DNA of 61,969 nt, counting the filler, from Globobulimina sp. (Eukaryota): assembly GCA_003354225.1 (NCBI GenBank). It is 28 parts of 28 records of this genome, joined end to end, with 100 filler letters (N's around TTAATTAATTAA, not from the genome) between each part and the next. Parts side by side here need not be neighbours in the genome. Positions count along the whole stretch, not along the records: positions 37,699 to 39,814 come from PIVH01008863.1; positions 39,915 to 42,030 come from PIVH01008864.1; positions 42,131 to 44,246 come from PIVH01008865.1; positions 44,347 to 46,462 come from PIVH01008866.1; positions 46,563 to 48,678 come from PIVH01008867.1; positions 48,779 to 50,894 come from PIVH01008868.1; 22 more parts are not named here. One strand, written 5' to 3'. This document shows positions 37,964 to 50,370 of the stretch, in pieces; the stretch's first letter is position 1; each line of letters starts with the position of its first letter. A program made the position numbers and the translations under genes. Below the pieces are notes generated by a model. It was not told the origin of the DNA. It searched no databases and saw nothing but the letters and a program-made list of their open reading frames with translations.

Positions 37964-39451
37964 CTATAAAGAAAAATGTGATGTAATTTTTTGATAGTTT
38001 GGAATTCCGCCGATATTGCTAGTAACATCTGCTTGTAATGTCGTTTTTGATTTGATTGCTTTTATTTCATCCTCAGAAAATTGTATAAATAATGTGGCAA
38101 ATGATATAATGAACACAAATATTCCTAATATTAACCATGTATAAAAATAAGACAACTTCTGAGGAACATTTGTGAATATAACAAAGGCCAACAACATAGC
38201 GCCCATATTCCCTCCGGCACCAACAATGCCTGCGACAATACCAATTGCATTGAGCTGCACAAAGGGCACAATCGCCAAAGTGACACCCTCTGCTGCCTGG
38301 ACACTCAAACTGAACATAATTAACATACATATCGTATACGACAAATTGTCAACAAATTCACCCAAACTAAATAAAATTAAAAATAGAGATTCTAATAACA
38401 ATAAAACAAATAATGACCATACTCTGCCTTGCAACGATTTTCTTGCATATTGCGATGCGACATCAGCAATAATACCACCAATTGACCGTGCAAATAAATT
38501 ACAAACAGAAAAAAATAGAATAATAAGTCCAGCAAACTCCTGTTTAACACCAAAAGAATGCATTAAATATTCAGCCGCAAATCTTAAAACAGTTAATTCA
38601 ATTCCAAAGCAGGCAGCATATGCTAAGAATAATATCCATGTTCTGTAATTTATAGCGCCCATAAATACAGATATCTCAACACCTGCGTCTACGTCGACTA
38701 TTTCTGACGGCTCTGATAAAGACGTATCTGACGCAGTATGTACAGCTAAATGGGACAATTCAACTTCTTGATGTTGACTGTCATGATCATTTTGCTTCGG
38801 TTTGTCCACAGTGACATACCAATATACCACCGCCATAATAAAGTATGACAATCCAGGAATTACCATACATAATCTCCATGCTGTGCTATTTGATAAATTA
38901 TAAGTACTTTTCAAATGATTGTATAAAAGTGGCATAAAAAAACTGGCACAGCCTCCACCAAAATTGCCCCATCCAGCCGCTGTCCCATTGGCAGTTCCAA
39001 CTATGTTTGGTGCAAACATTGCACTTGTATGGCGTATTGTGATTACAAAGGAAGCTCCAACAATGCCAATAAACACAGACACAATGATATAGCCAGTGGG
39101 CGTTGTTACGAATGCCATTGCAGTGACTGGAAAGGCAGATATTACCAATAAGACAACGTAGGCTTTGCGTGAGCCGATTTTGTCGCATAACCAACCAATA
39201 ATTACACGAAATATTACTGTGGATGCAACAGAGCAACCCGCAGCAACTGCGCCTTCGCTATCCGTTAATCCCAGATCTGATGAAATTTGCGGGTATAAAT
39301 TAGCCGTAGCAAACCAACCAAAAAAACATAACCAAAATGTAAACCATGTTGTATGAAATACTCTTATTTGAATAGCTTGACAATGACATAACCATAAGCT
39401 GGTCGCCTGACCATTTGCATTTGTTTTTATTTCACGTTTGGGCCAACACAT
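37964..39451 (-). CDS. NRT2: High-affinity nitrate transporter, NRT2/NNP family (MFS)
   Basis: FHTTWFTFWLCFFGWFA, nitrate signature FAPNIVGTANGTAAGWGNFGGG, conserved Arg in TM2 (IFRVIIG) and TM8 (FARSIGG), GIVGAGGNMG; intronless. Confidence 0.93.
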   Translation of the reverse strand: MCWPKREIKTNANGQATSLWLCHCQAIQIRVFHTTWFTFWLCFFGWFATANLYPQISSDLGLTDSEGAVAAGCSVASTVIFRVIIGWLCDKIGSRKAYVVLLVISAFPVTAMAFVTTPTGYIIVSVFIGIVGASFVITIRHTSAMFAPNIVGTANGTAAGWGNFGGGCASFFMPLLYNHLKSTYNLSNSTAWRLCMVIPGLSYFIMAVVYWYVTVDKPKQNDHDSQHQEVELSHLAVHTASDTSLSEPSEIVDVDAGVEISVFMGAINYRTWILFLAYAACFGIELTVLRFAAEYLMHSFGVKQEFAGLIILFFSVCNLFARSIGGIIADVASQYARKSLQGRVWSLFVLLLLESLFLILFSLGEFVDNLSYTICMLIMFSLSVQAAEGVTLAIVPFVQLNAIGIVAGIVGAGGNMGAMLLAFVIFTNVPQKLSYFYTWLILGIFVFIISFATLFIQFSEDEIKAIKSKTTLQADVTSNIGGIPNYQKITSHFSL

Positions 39452-39914
39452 TTTAATTTTTATTTTGAAATTGGACTATGTAATTTGAATGTAATTTGAA
39501 ATAAATAAACAAGATTCAATATGATGAGTATTACAACCAAATAGATACTATAATATATTAATTATCACTGTAGATTATCAAAATTGTCTTTCATACAAGA
39601 ATCATTCAATGTGTTTGAATATGAATCTGATTTATTTGTTTGCATATAACATGCCAGGTTGTCAGAGTCAATTTCATGTTGATATATTCTTGAAACAGGA
39701 AAATTAAAACAATTTTTTACTTCGGGTTTAAATTGACTATGCTCAACTAAGTGATTTTCGAGACCGTTACATTTCATGTCTCCAATGTCTACACTTGTCT
39801 TTTAGATTGGCGATNNNNNNNNNNNNNNNNNNNNNNNNNNNNNNNNNNNNNNNNNNNNTTAATTAATTAANNNNNNNNNNNNNNNNNNNNNNNNNNNNNN
39901 NNNNNNNNNNNNNN

Positions 39915-41718
39915 ATAGTGACAATGATAACGATTCCAATGATTCTGATAATTCTGATTTGGACTCAACACCGCCACCACGTAAAAAACGAAAAACATCC
40001 CTCGCAACGTCAAAAAGCACAAACACCAACAAAAAAAAACAAAAAATCAAAAAAAAAAAAATATCTCCAACTCCACAGAAAAAGTCACCGAAAAAATCAC
40101 CAATAAGATCACCGACAAAGGCACCAAGAAAAACCTCCAAAACCACCAAACCCAAAAGTACCAAAGCAAAAAGTTCGAGAATACACACTATTTATTCCCA
40201 CGAACAAACAGCAGTTACAGCACACAACAAAACACATAAAGAGTTCAAGGAGGCGGTAGGTCTCCGCTGTCCCGGAGATGATAGGATATATCGGGTGCGC
40301 CGCCCTCGCTGCGGCTGGGTGTTGTTTAATGGCATGCAATTATCCAAGTTGCTGACGGACCATCCGGACACAAACTTATGCGATCGCACCAAACTCAGCG
40401 GCGCTTTGTGGCAAAAATTGAGTGACGAAGAGAGAAAAGTATGGACTGACAAAGCCGACGAAGAGAAAGCTGAATGTATGCGCATTTCAAACAAATACTA
40501 TGAAAACGAAGACATTGAGTCTATTCCTGCAGATTGGAAGCAAATTGACAAAGCCGCTGAAAAGGCAAAGAGGCTAAAGGAGGCAAAGGAGGATAGTGAG
40601 GACAGTGAGAGTGGTACAGGAAAAGGTTCAGGTAAAAAGGTGGCAAAAAAAGCTAAAAAGACATTGAAAAAAGCCACAAAATCGCCCAAGAAAGTGCTGA
40701 AAAAGGAGAAAAAAGTGAAAAAAAAGAGAAAGAAATTGGAAGACAGTGACAGTGACAGTAGTTCTGGTTCCTCGTCGTCAGAGAGTGACAGTGGCTCATC
40801 ATCAGAGAGTGAGAGTGAGAGTGAGAGCGGAGGTGGTTCCTTTGGAGGAGAAACCTCATCGTCGAGTGAGAGTGAGGACAGCCGGACATCACCGAAAAGA
40901 AAGAAGAAATCAAAGAAATCCAACACAAAAAAAAGAAAACCCCGCAAAAAGGCAGCAAAATCCAACAAAAAAGCTGCAAAATCCAGCAAAAAAGCTACAA
41001 AGAAAGATAATAAATCTGATAAAAAAAATAGTAAAGAAAAGGATACAAAAACGAATACGAAATTAAGTAAACCCGCAAAATCTGCAAAAAAAGCTACACC
41101 GAATGTGGTTACGCGAAGAGCAGCGAAATCAATGCCGGATTTTCAACTCACTGCACTGAAAAGGTATGCTCAATTTTTACATTTTCGATGCTTATGCAAA
41201 ATATATTTTATCTGCGAATTTGCGATTAAATAATACAAATAATAAACAGTGGTCGAAGAGCATTAGCAACAAAGTCTGGAAACAATTCGAGTGAGACCGT
41301 GGCCAAAACCAAAGAAGCCGAAGAGAAGAAAGAGAAATTGGATGCGGATGGAGATGAGGATGAGGACGATGACGATGTAGATATGGATGCGGATAAAAGA
41401 ATGACTGCGGATATGAATAAATTGTCGCAAAAGAGCCGAGATATAATATTACAATCACAACCAATGGATGTCGGAGATGGGGATATAGAGAGTGATGACA
41501 GTGAAGATGATATGTCATCGATTGAGGGATTGCATAATATCATTCCTCGAACACCGGATAAAACGCCAGAAAAACCGCATAGTATTAAGCATAAGGAAGG
41601 GACTGCGAAAAAGAAAAAGAGTGATGAGGTTGGTGTGGATAAAATGAATGTGGATGCGGCTGAAGATATTGATGGATCGAGCAGTGATGATGACGATGGC
41701 CAACATTTTGGAGTTTAA
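39915..41718 (+). CDS. HMG-box protein with Lys/Ser-rich histone-H1-like tracts (5' truncated); intron 41164-41249
   Basis: RRPRCGWVLF...HPD...SGALWQKLSDEERKVWTDKADEEK; SPKK/KKA repeats. Confidence 0.8.
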
Positions 41719-41936
41719 GTGCGTGTTAAATTGTATTAATATTAAATAAATTTAAAGCAATATGACATTTATAATAAATGCTTTGTTTGTTTTTTTTGCT
41801 TTTTTTGCTTTTGGATGATTTAATTAAAAAAACTGCTCCTCATACAAGGGGACATTATTAATTATGTATTATTAAACAAATCTCGGCGCCATAAGCGATT
41901 TTTCACTTTGTATGTAGCGATGAGTCATCAGTAATC

Positions 41937-42030
41937 ATGCGCGATACGCCAGCAGCATGGCTCTCTGGTGCGTTGGCAGGAAGTATTCATGCAGTCAGTG
42001 GACCGGACCATTTGGCTGCATTGATACCAC
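41937..42030 (+). CDS. Start of a Ni/Co permease (UreH/NiCoT-like) protein
   Basis: MRDTPAAWLSGALAGSIHAVSGPDHLAALIP carries the HAxxGPDHLAAL signature; missed by the ORF track. Confidence 0.7.
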
Positions 42031-42130
42031 NNNNNNNNNNNNNNNNNNNNNNNNNNNNNNNNNNNNNNNNNNNNTTAATTAATTAANNNNNNNNNNNNNN
42101 NNNNNNNNNNNNNNNNNNNNNNNNNNNNNN

Positions 42131-42814
42131 ATTTGCTAATTCAATTTCAGGTGTTGGCAAATTTAAATCAGGATTATCACTGGTGTCTGCATCATTGCCT
42201 TTATCCTCATATTCCAAATACATTTCATATAATTCAACCTTAGCGAGGTACAAATCGGGTATAAATTTATTTGTTGTGAGTTGCGAGTCCATGGCCATTG
42301 GATAGCGGTCTAATAAGAACTCCTCGTCCATGTCATCCAATTCCTCCATATCTACGTCATTCATAAATTGCTGGTAATCTGTCTCTGTGATACCTTTGCT
42401 GTTATGATATTTCACTGCGCGTTTTTGCAAACTAGTTAATAATTTGTCATCTCTCTCCACAAAGGAATCGCTGTGCGAACTCAAATAATCTATTAAATCT
42501 CGACGAGTGTTGTAATTTTTATCTTCATCGTCGTCTTCTTCGTCTGCGTTGGGATCGGGAGGGTCGTATTGCGGCAATTTGAGTAATATTTTCTGTATCA
42601 CTTCGTCAGAGGAGATATCTGCCCATGAGTCGTCGGAGGAGGTTGGCCATGGATAGACGTAGGAATCGGTGGTCGATTCACTCTCTGTATATTCTAAGTC
42701 ACTATCATCGATACTGTCTAGTGAGTATTCATCGTCGTCTTCATCGTCTTCAGAATGGTACTCTTCATCATAGTTTTCATCGTCATCGTCATAATCATCA
42801 CTGTACTGTGCCAT
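42131..42814 (-). CDS. Highly acidic hypothetical protein (3' truncated)
   Basis: ATG at 42814; D/E-rich ORF running to the contig edge. Confidence 0.55.
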
Positions 42815-42933
42815 TATTAGAGAGTGATGTTTTTTGCATGCAGAGCTTAAAGTTTATACTATAAAAAACATTATATTGATATGATAAAGGTATAAATATA
42901 TATATAAAGCAAGGAAGTGATAAAATAACAAAC

Positions 42934-44246
42934 TCATATATAGTCCGTGTCCAGTTCTTGAAATGCATGCAATTCCACTCCTTCAGATTGTGTTTGTTGA
43001 TTTGGCATTAATGTTTCACCAAATGGCTCAAATGGTTCAAATGCATCCATATATTCGTTAATATCATCAACAACATCAGCATCGTCATCATCTGATTCAT
43101 GTAAATCCATCACAGCCATTGCAGTAACATGATCTAATCCATTATTTGGATTCTGGAATTTATTGTTTTTATTTTTGCATTTTTTTATTACAAATATAAT
43201 GCAGATCAATATCAACATAAATAAGCCACTGCATAAAATACCGACAATGAATGCATTACTTTCCGTAACTGAGATTGATGCATAGGTAGGTGTTTGAGCT
43301 GTATTTTCAATCTTATTTGGTGGTAAAGTATATGCAGTTGGTTGTAAAGTTGGCGAAACAGAGGGAAAGCTGGTTGTTGGTATATCTGTCGTATATATAG
43401 ATGCTGTTCGAGTCACAGTTGTTGGATATAATGAAGTGGGATTGTTTGAAGTGAGATTTGATGTGGTAGGAAGTGCTGTGTTTGGTGATGATCTGTTTAT
43501 ATTTTATAAGTGCAAATAAGTTAATTGTTATTTGAAAAATATAAATATACAGAAATATACGTTGTTGGTGTTTCTGTAGTTGTCATTGTAGGAACGTACG
43601 CGTGCGTCGTTGGAGAATTTGTTGGCTTTGTTGTGGGTGTATTTGTGGTGGGATTATTGGTTGGATTTGATCTGTATAGATATCATTATTTATTATTGTA
43701 ATTGAAATAATGGTATAGCAACACATACGTTGGATTCACAGTCGTTGGATTTGATGCAGTGGGATACAATCTTGTTTGTTGGATAAGTATACAGAATTTG
43801 TACATAAAATAAACTGAAGATAATAACAAACGTTGTTGGTCCTGCAGTGGTTGGAAACAGCCTGTTTTTGTTGTTTTAAATTTGTATAATTATAAGTCAC
43901 AAAATATGAATAAATTGACATACGTTGTTGGAATAGATGTAAACGTCGGTGATAAGGTAGTTGGAACAGTAGTAGTTGGATGTGATCTGATATCGATCGT
44001 ATTATATAAATATAAGTATTATAGAAATGAGAAATGACGAAAACATATTATAAATCATTTACGTAGTGGGTGTTGATGTGGTCGGCTGAGATGTTGTATG
44101 CCTGGGTCTGTTGTTTGCAAACACATCAATAAATATTGACAAAAATAAATAGGAACAATTTAAATACAGACGTTGTAGGTGCTGCTGTGGTGGGTATTGT
44201 TGTTGATGGCTGAGAAGTTGTTGGTGGCGTTGTGGTTGGTGATGAT
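42934..44246 (-). CDS. Type I mucin-like surface protein with six phase-2 introns (5' truncated)
   Basis: Introns 44108-44171, 43987-44062, 43862-43923, 43771-43831, 43672-43728, 43493-43560; spliced product is a Thr/Pro stalk + TM (FIVGILCSGLFMLILICIIFVI) + acidic tail. Confidence 0.8.
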
Positions 44247-44614
44247 NNNNNNNNNNNNNNNNNNNNNNNNNNNNNNNNNNNNNNNNNNNNTTAATTAATT
44301 AANNNNNNNNNNNNNNNNNNNNNNNNNNNNNNNNNNNNNNNNNNNNGTTCATGTTGTCAATGTGTTAATTGTGTTATAATATAAAACAAACATTTATCAA
44401 TGGGCCAGTTATACATAACATTTTTGTTGTTGTATTGTGGCGTCATATAGGTTCAACCCATCTGAGAAACGCTTTGCAAATCCTGAAATCCAGAACAAAG
44501 TCAGAACAAATTTATAATTGAATTTTGGTTATCCAAACACGGGGGTACGTTATCTATGGTATTCTGGAAATTTGGTAATTAGTACTTCAGTATCTCACTA
44601 GTTTTTACAATTAA

Positions 44615-46462
44615 ATGGAGGCACAGACTGCTGCGTCTGTTGTGGAATTGACACTGTCCCAACTATTAAACAATCAGCAACCACAACAACCACAATGTGA
44701 ATCGATAAATAATCCAAAAGAAAAAGAGCATGATAGTGATTTGATAAACAATCCAAATGCAACAAACGTTATCAATCACGAAAATGTACAAAATAATAGT
44801 TTAGCTCAACAAATGCAACCAAATGGTATTGAAAATACAGAGAACAAACACAAACATAGGGAGATAATAATTATTCCATCATCAACAAATAGTCCATCCT
44901 CAACAAATAATAATAATAGTCCATCCTCCTCTGATTTAGTTAAAAATAGCCCTTCCATTGAAAATTCTGATATTAATCAATCTGAAATCAATGGACATGC
45001 AATGAGTGGCATGATAAATGAGGTAAATGATAAAATAGCACACAACGAATCATCCAATGAATCTGTACAAATTATTGCTTTTAAACCAAGTGCACAAATT
45101 GCAGACTGTTATAAAAGTTTAATACAACCACAAAACCCAAACATAGATGTTTTGAATATTAATAATAACAATGACAAAAAGAGTGCACAGCAAAATCTAT
45201 TTAATAATGCAACCAAATATTACATAGACAATAACAATAACAAAGTGACTGCAGCTGGAACTGAGCACAAATCAGACAATAAAAATAGAAATAATCTTGA
45301 AACCGCCGCCGCGGAACAAAGTAATAATGAGATGGATGTTGATGAAATCAATGAGATGGACATAAACCAAACTGAAAATAATAATGATTTTGGAATCGGA
45401 ACAGAACAAAATAATAAAAAACAAGTTAACGTTAACAACACACATAATACTAATAAACAAGAAATGGATATTGATGATGAAGATAATATCAATGAATTAG
45501 TACCACGAAGAAAGCAACAGCAACAGCAACAGCAACAAAATGTACAACAATCAATAACCAACAACAATACTAATAATGCCAAACCCTTTGGAATGATGGA
45601 CTACGATGAAGAGTTAGATGAAGACTTCAATGCAGCAGAGGCCGAAGCAGAGGCAGAGGAAGAAGAGGATGATTCCAGTGACCATTCTGAAGATATTATC
45701 AATGACGGTGACGGTGACGGGGACAACGGTGACGAGGACAGTAACGATTTAGCTGATATTGACATTGTGAATGGTATTTTCTATATATCCTTGCACAATG
45801 CACATACGCTCGTTTTTTTTACCTAAAAATACACTGAAAAGATGACAAATTATACACTGAAGAAGCACCGAGATGGCTAGTAAATGCTGCTGACATTGAA
45901 AATGCAGAGAAAGAGTTTAATACAGAAGCGGCATATGAGGATTGGGAAAGGGATAAGGAAGCCGGTTTATACTCAGATACAGACAACGTACAAGAAAGCA
46001 ACAATATGAATGACGAGAAGCATGGCTCTTTGATGGATTACTATTTAACAAAATATTGTTCCAAGCAAGATAAGCGAAGAAATAGCGACCCCGAAAAGGA
46101 CAAAATTAAAAAAAAAGGCGGTGATTACCAATTGGATGACAATTTTATCGATGATGGCGATTGTTTTGTATTGAACAATGTGGAAACGCTGCATTGTGGT
46201 TTCTTTATATCGAAAGGAAATGTCGACGTCAAAAACTACAATTCACCCAAAGCGAAAAAAGTAAAACTCCCCAAATCGAGCTAAAAGAAAACATTGCCCG
46301 ATGTACCACACATATATCTACACGAAATAAATAGGATAGCTACGTTTGTACAAAATAATCGCAGCACGATGGCGCATATTTGCAATGACCGCGAGATGCC
46401 GGGAATTATCAAAAACAAACATTTGTACATGAAACAGAATGAGAATAAGGAAAGTAATGCAA
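44615..46462 (+). CDS. Ubinuclein/HPC2-like HUN-domain protein (3' truncated); intron 45774-45841
   Basis: MDYYLTKY...DYQLDDNFIDDGD...HCGFFISKG matches the HUN/HRD motif; Asn/Gln-rich N-terminus. Confidence 0.72.
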
Positions 46463-46562
46463 NNNNNNNNNNNNNNNNNNNNNNNNNNNNNNNNNNNNNN
46501 NNNNNNTTAATTAATTAANNNNNNNNNNNNNNNNNNNNNNNNNNNNNNNNNNNNNNNNNNNN

Positions 46563-48424
46563 GATTGGATCGTCGCTTTATGTAATTTGTTTAATGCAAT
46601 ATTGATCGCATTCGCATTCTTGCCGTCCCGCGCCATATCTGCCTCAATCTTCGCTTTTAATTCATCTAAGTTGGCATCAAAGGATTGACAGTGATTCGGT
46701 GTAGGACAGAAATAGAAAGGGTCATAAACACATTTATTGGCCAATTGAATATGCATCGATGACATGGCAACGATGTCTTGACGGTATGTCTCTGTGATAT
46801 GTACTTCTGTGCCGCCTACGATAAACGAGTTGGATGCCAATGCTTTATTTGCATAAAAATAATTATTGTCATGCAAGTCCGCTGCAGGAACACCAGTTAA
46901 TAGATACCGCGGCGTGTTTTTAAATTGGAATTTGAAGGTATTGGCGTATGAATGCATCTGATATGGATGCGCATAATTTATGACATGGATGTCGGGCTCA
47001 ATCGGTGCTACATTGCTTAGTACATAGTCAACCTCTTTACGGTTTAAGTACGGCGACAGGTGGTACAAATCCAGGATGTTTCCACGTAAAAGCGAATGTT
47101 TGGTGGAGCAATACCATGCTTTGGCAGTCGTGGCATTGCATTTCATCAAAGTCAATTTCAAGCATCGCGGGTCAGTGATATGGAACCCTAACACATCCCA
47201 AATGTATCCCAAATCGATGGTATGTGCCTGATATCTGTTAAGTGTGTCCATATTGTCTAATACGGTCAAATTAAATATACGTTTTAATTTCTTTCGACAG
47301 CCAAAATATACGCCCGTTTTTTTGACAGGAAACGCCAAAGAATTACAGCCACGCGCATGCCCATAATAGTCGCCATCATGGTATTCTGCGATATTGTCAG
47401 CAATGGTTACTGATAACGGATAATTGTTGAATTTGACATTGTATACTAACGGCAGCGGCTCATTGATAACACTATTAATATACTCTGATAATTGCTGGTC
47501 CGACGCAACGTAATTGAAGCCAGAGCCGGTCTTTTTAATTCTGCCATGCAATGCGCTGACATACGTCAAGATACCTTGGGTGTCACCATCGATACGCTCT
47601 AATGAGTTATAAAATGATTTGTCAGCATAATAATAGGAGTACGAGGATGAGGCGAAAAGGACAGTTAATGGGGACACTGTCGGTCTTAATTCTGCTCTGG
47701 TTTTGATGATATTGGCATCTTTCAAGGATGCAATGAAATCATCCTCTTTAAGGATCCATATGCGGTCTGATATGCGATCATTTATAAATACTTTGTCAAA
47801 CACGATGCGGACATGGAAATTCACGCCAATTTCATTATGGTATTTGGCAGCATTGGCGATCCATTTGCTGGCGCGGCTGATTTGGCCATCATGATATTTG
47901 CGAACCATTTTATCGGAGCGGGTCTCTTCAACGTAAGCTCTGGTTTTGGTGATGGATCTGCGTCGATTAAATCTAATATGACGTTGATTAAAGTCAATTT
48001 TTAAATCATCATATTCACTGAACGTGGTGACAGTGTCTGGGAACATTTGCGAGGTGCATTTGATTTTGATGGTGTCAGCAGACGCGGGAACATTTTCTAT
48101 GCCTTGGATGTACGATAAGTGCTTGATACCGGCGCCGGGATTCTGTATCGAAAATAATTTGGTAGTTTTAGGATGCGGGCTGCCAATGTCTAAAAGGCTT
48201 GATTCGATGTAATTTCTCTTCAATGGATTAGGTCGAATGTTGCAAGTATTAATAATGCGATTTAAATCTGGCGTCTTTGGGAATGGTATCTGTGAGTGAC
48301 CATCCATTTGGTCGTCATCTTCAAACGGGAAATCTTCGGCAACTATGTTATATTTTGTATCATTATTTGTGTTTATGTATACTTTTCCAGGTATTTGTTT
48401 GTGTTTAGTTACCTTTTTTGTCAT
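46563..48424 (-). CDS. Large intronless orphan protein (3' truncated), possibly a mobile-element ORF
   Basis: >600 codons open from MTKKV; no family recognised. Confidence 0.6.
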
Positions 48425-48778
48425 CAGCCATTGAAAAATGTATGGTTTAATGAGTGTGGGATAGAATAGGAATTGAGAAGGATTTGAGAGTGTGGTTAGG
48501 AGGATGTTTGTGAAATGTCTGAAGAAAGACAGCTTAGGACTCTGGAAGCTTTGTTGTTTGTTAGATGAAAACCAGCTTAAATAAATCTTTCCTTCCGACA
48601 GAGGATTAAAGACTCCGAGCAACAAATAATTAATTCAGCAACGTTGTTTCGTCCAATCATACACAAACAACTTTCATGNNNNNNNNNNNNNNNNNNNNNN
48701 NNNNNNNNNNNNNNNNNNNNNNTTAATTAATTAANNNNNNNNNNNNNNNNNNNNNNNNNNNNNNNNNNNNNNNNNNNN

Positions 48779-50370
48779 TTCATCGGGTAATGAATTATCT
48801 CCATCTTCATTCACTTCTAATTCTAAATTATTATCTGATACAACATGTACATCTGCTGCTGCTACTGCTATTTCATTAATATTTTCATCATAATTCACCA
48901 TCGGAGCCGCAACTGATATTGCAACCACTGCAGATGTCTCAAAATTAGTATTCGAAAAAGCAGCTGGTGCGACCTCATCTGATGGTCGTTGTTCTTGCCC
49001 GTTATCACTATCATTACCTTCACCATCATTACCTTCACCATCCATTAAATGTTCCCCTTCTACAGCTCCACCTCCTTCCTTTGCAGCTGCTTTATTATCA
49101 TCCATATCATTATCAAAGCTCCCTACACTTGCTCCCGTAACCGGAGCCATTTCCATTGAAGCTATTTTTCCATCCAAATTATTGCTGTTGTCTGAGACAT
49201 TTCGTTTTTTATATTTAAGATATCCACAAAATAAAGCAAAGCAGAGTCCGATGATCCCAATCACAATAATAAGATACCAATCAGAAACACTGTCGGACCA
49301 CTCATCTTTTTGTGTGATATCTTGGTGTGAGGTACTCAAAATAGATACCATTGTCATGGGAGGTTTTGTTGGGTGGGGTGTTGGCGGAATATATTGAGCA
49401 TAATCAGTTACATTCAGCACAGAACCATCCGCACTGCATTGCATATTAAGTGTATAATCATTGTATAATAACTGTGTAACATCAATGCTGACATAATATG
49501 TGCCTGGAATTAAATAATATTTTTGCAGACTGGAGCAGGATTCAATTGTAATGTCTGCAGATTTGATTGTGGCATAATCATTAGCAGCGTGGTAATAATA
49601 TATTGTGATTGAATGTTGCTTTTCAACGAGATCACAGGTTGAGAACTGTATCCATTCTGCATATTTTAGGACTGTGAATGAATAAAATTGTTGTCTGTTG
49701 ATAGCATGAAACCATTCGTCAGTGGTTACAGAGTGAATTAAAGTTATACCGCAGGATATGGAGCCGATTGATTGATGAGATTGATTCATTATAAATTCAT
49801 TATAAATTCCATCTGCAATGTATTGATTGTAGTTTGCATCACATTGCATATATACGGTATATTTACCGTAATCCTCTCCGTTATAACGAACTAATCCCAG
49901 AAAATATGTTTGAGGGTTTAATGTGATATTGCTTAATGGTTCAAATATTGTGCAAGCGCCACTTGGGTGTATCTGCGATATCTGTGTGACATTCCATTGC
50001 GTGGAATTATCATCATCATCACCATACCACAAATAGAGTTTGTCGAGAAAATGAAATGTTGTGTATGCTTTGCACACAATAAATGATATTTGTACATTGG
50101 ATATGTTTTGTGTGATTGTAAATTCCGCATACACATTCACATTCATTTCATCTTGTAATAAGGCAATATTTTTGCTACACTCAATGTCGCTTTGTACGTA
50201 ATGAATATATGGGAATTCTCCATTGACTGTAGGCATCCATGTCGGTGAGTCGGTTGTTGGATATTTCAATGTTGGAGCTGACGAAGGTATTGTAGTTGGC
50301 GTGGTTGGTGCTGGTGTATAAAATCCAGTTGTTGATGTTGTATTAGTGGTGGTTACAAATGTTAATACAG
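48779..50370 (-). CDS. Type I membrane protein with PT-rich linkers and two Cys-bounded beta-sandwich-like repeats
   Basis: IECS...YTVYMQC and ISCG...YTLNMQC repeats, TM YLIIVIGIIGLCFALFCGYL, acidic tail; 5' end unclear. Confidence 0.6.

Noticed and set aside
40498..40989. Antisense ORFs over low-complexity or conserved genes (also 370-939, 28115-28582, 33448-33999, 35733-36311, 45220-45582)
   Set aside because: Shadow frames of genes on the opposite strand with no independent motifs
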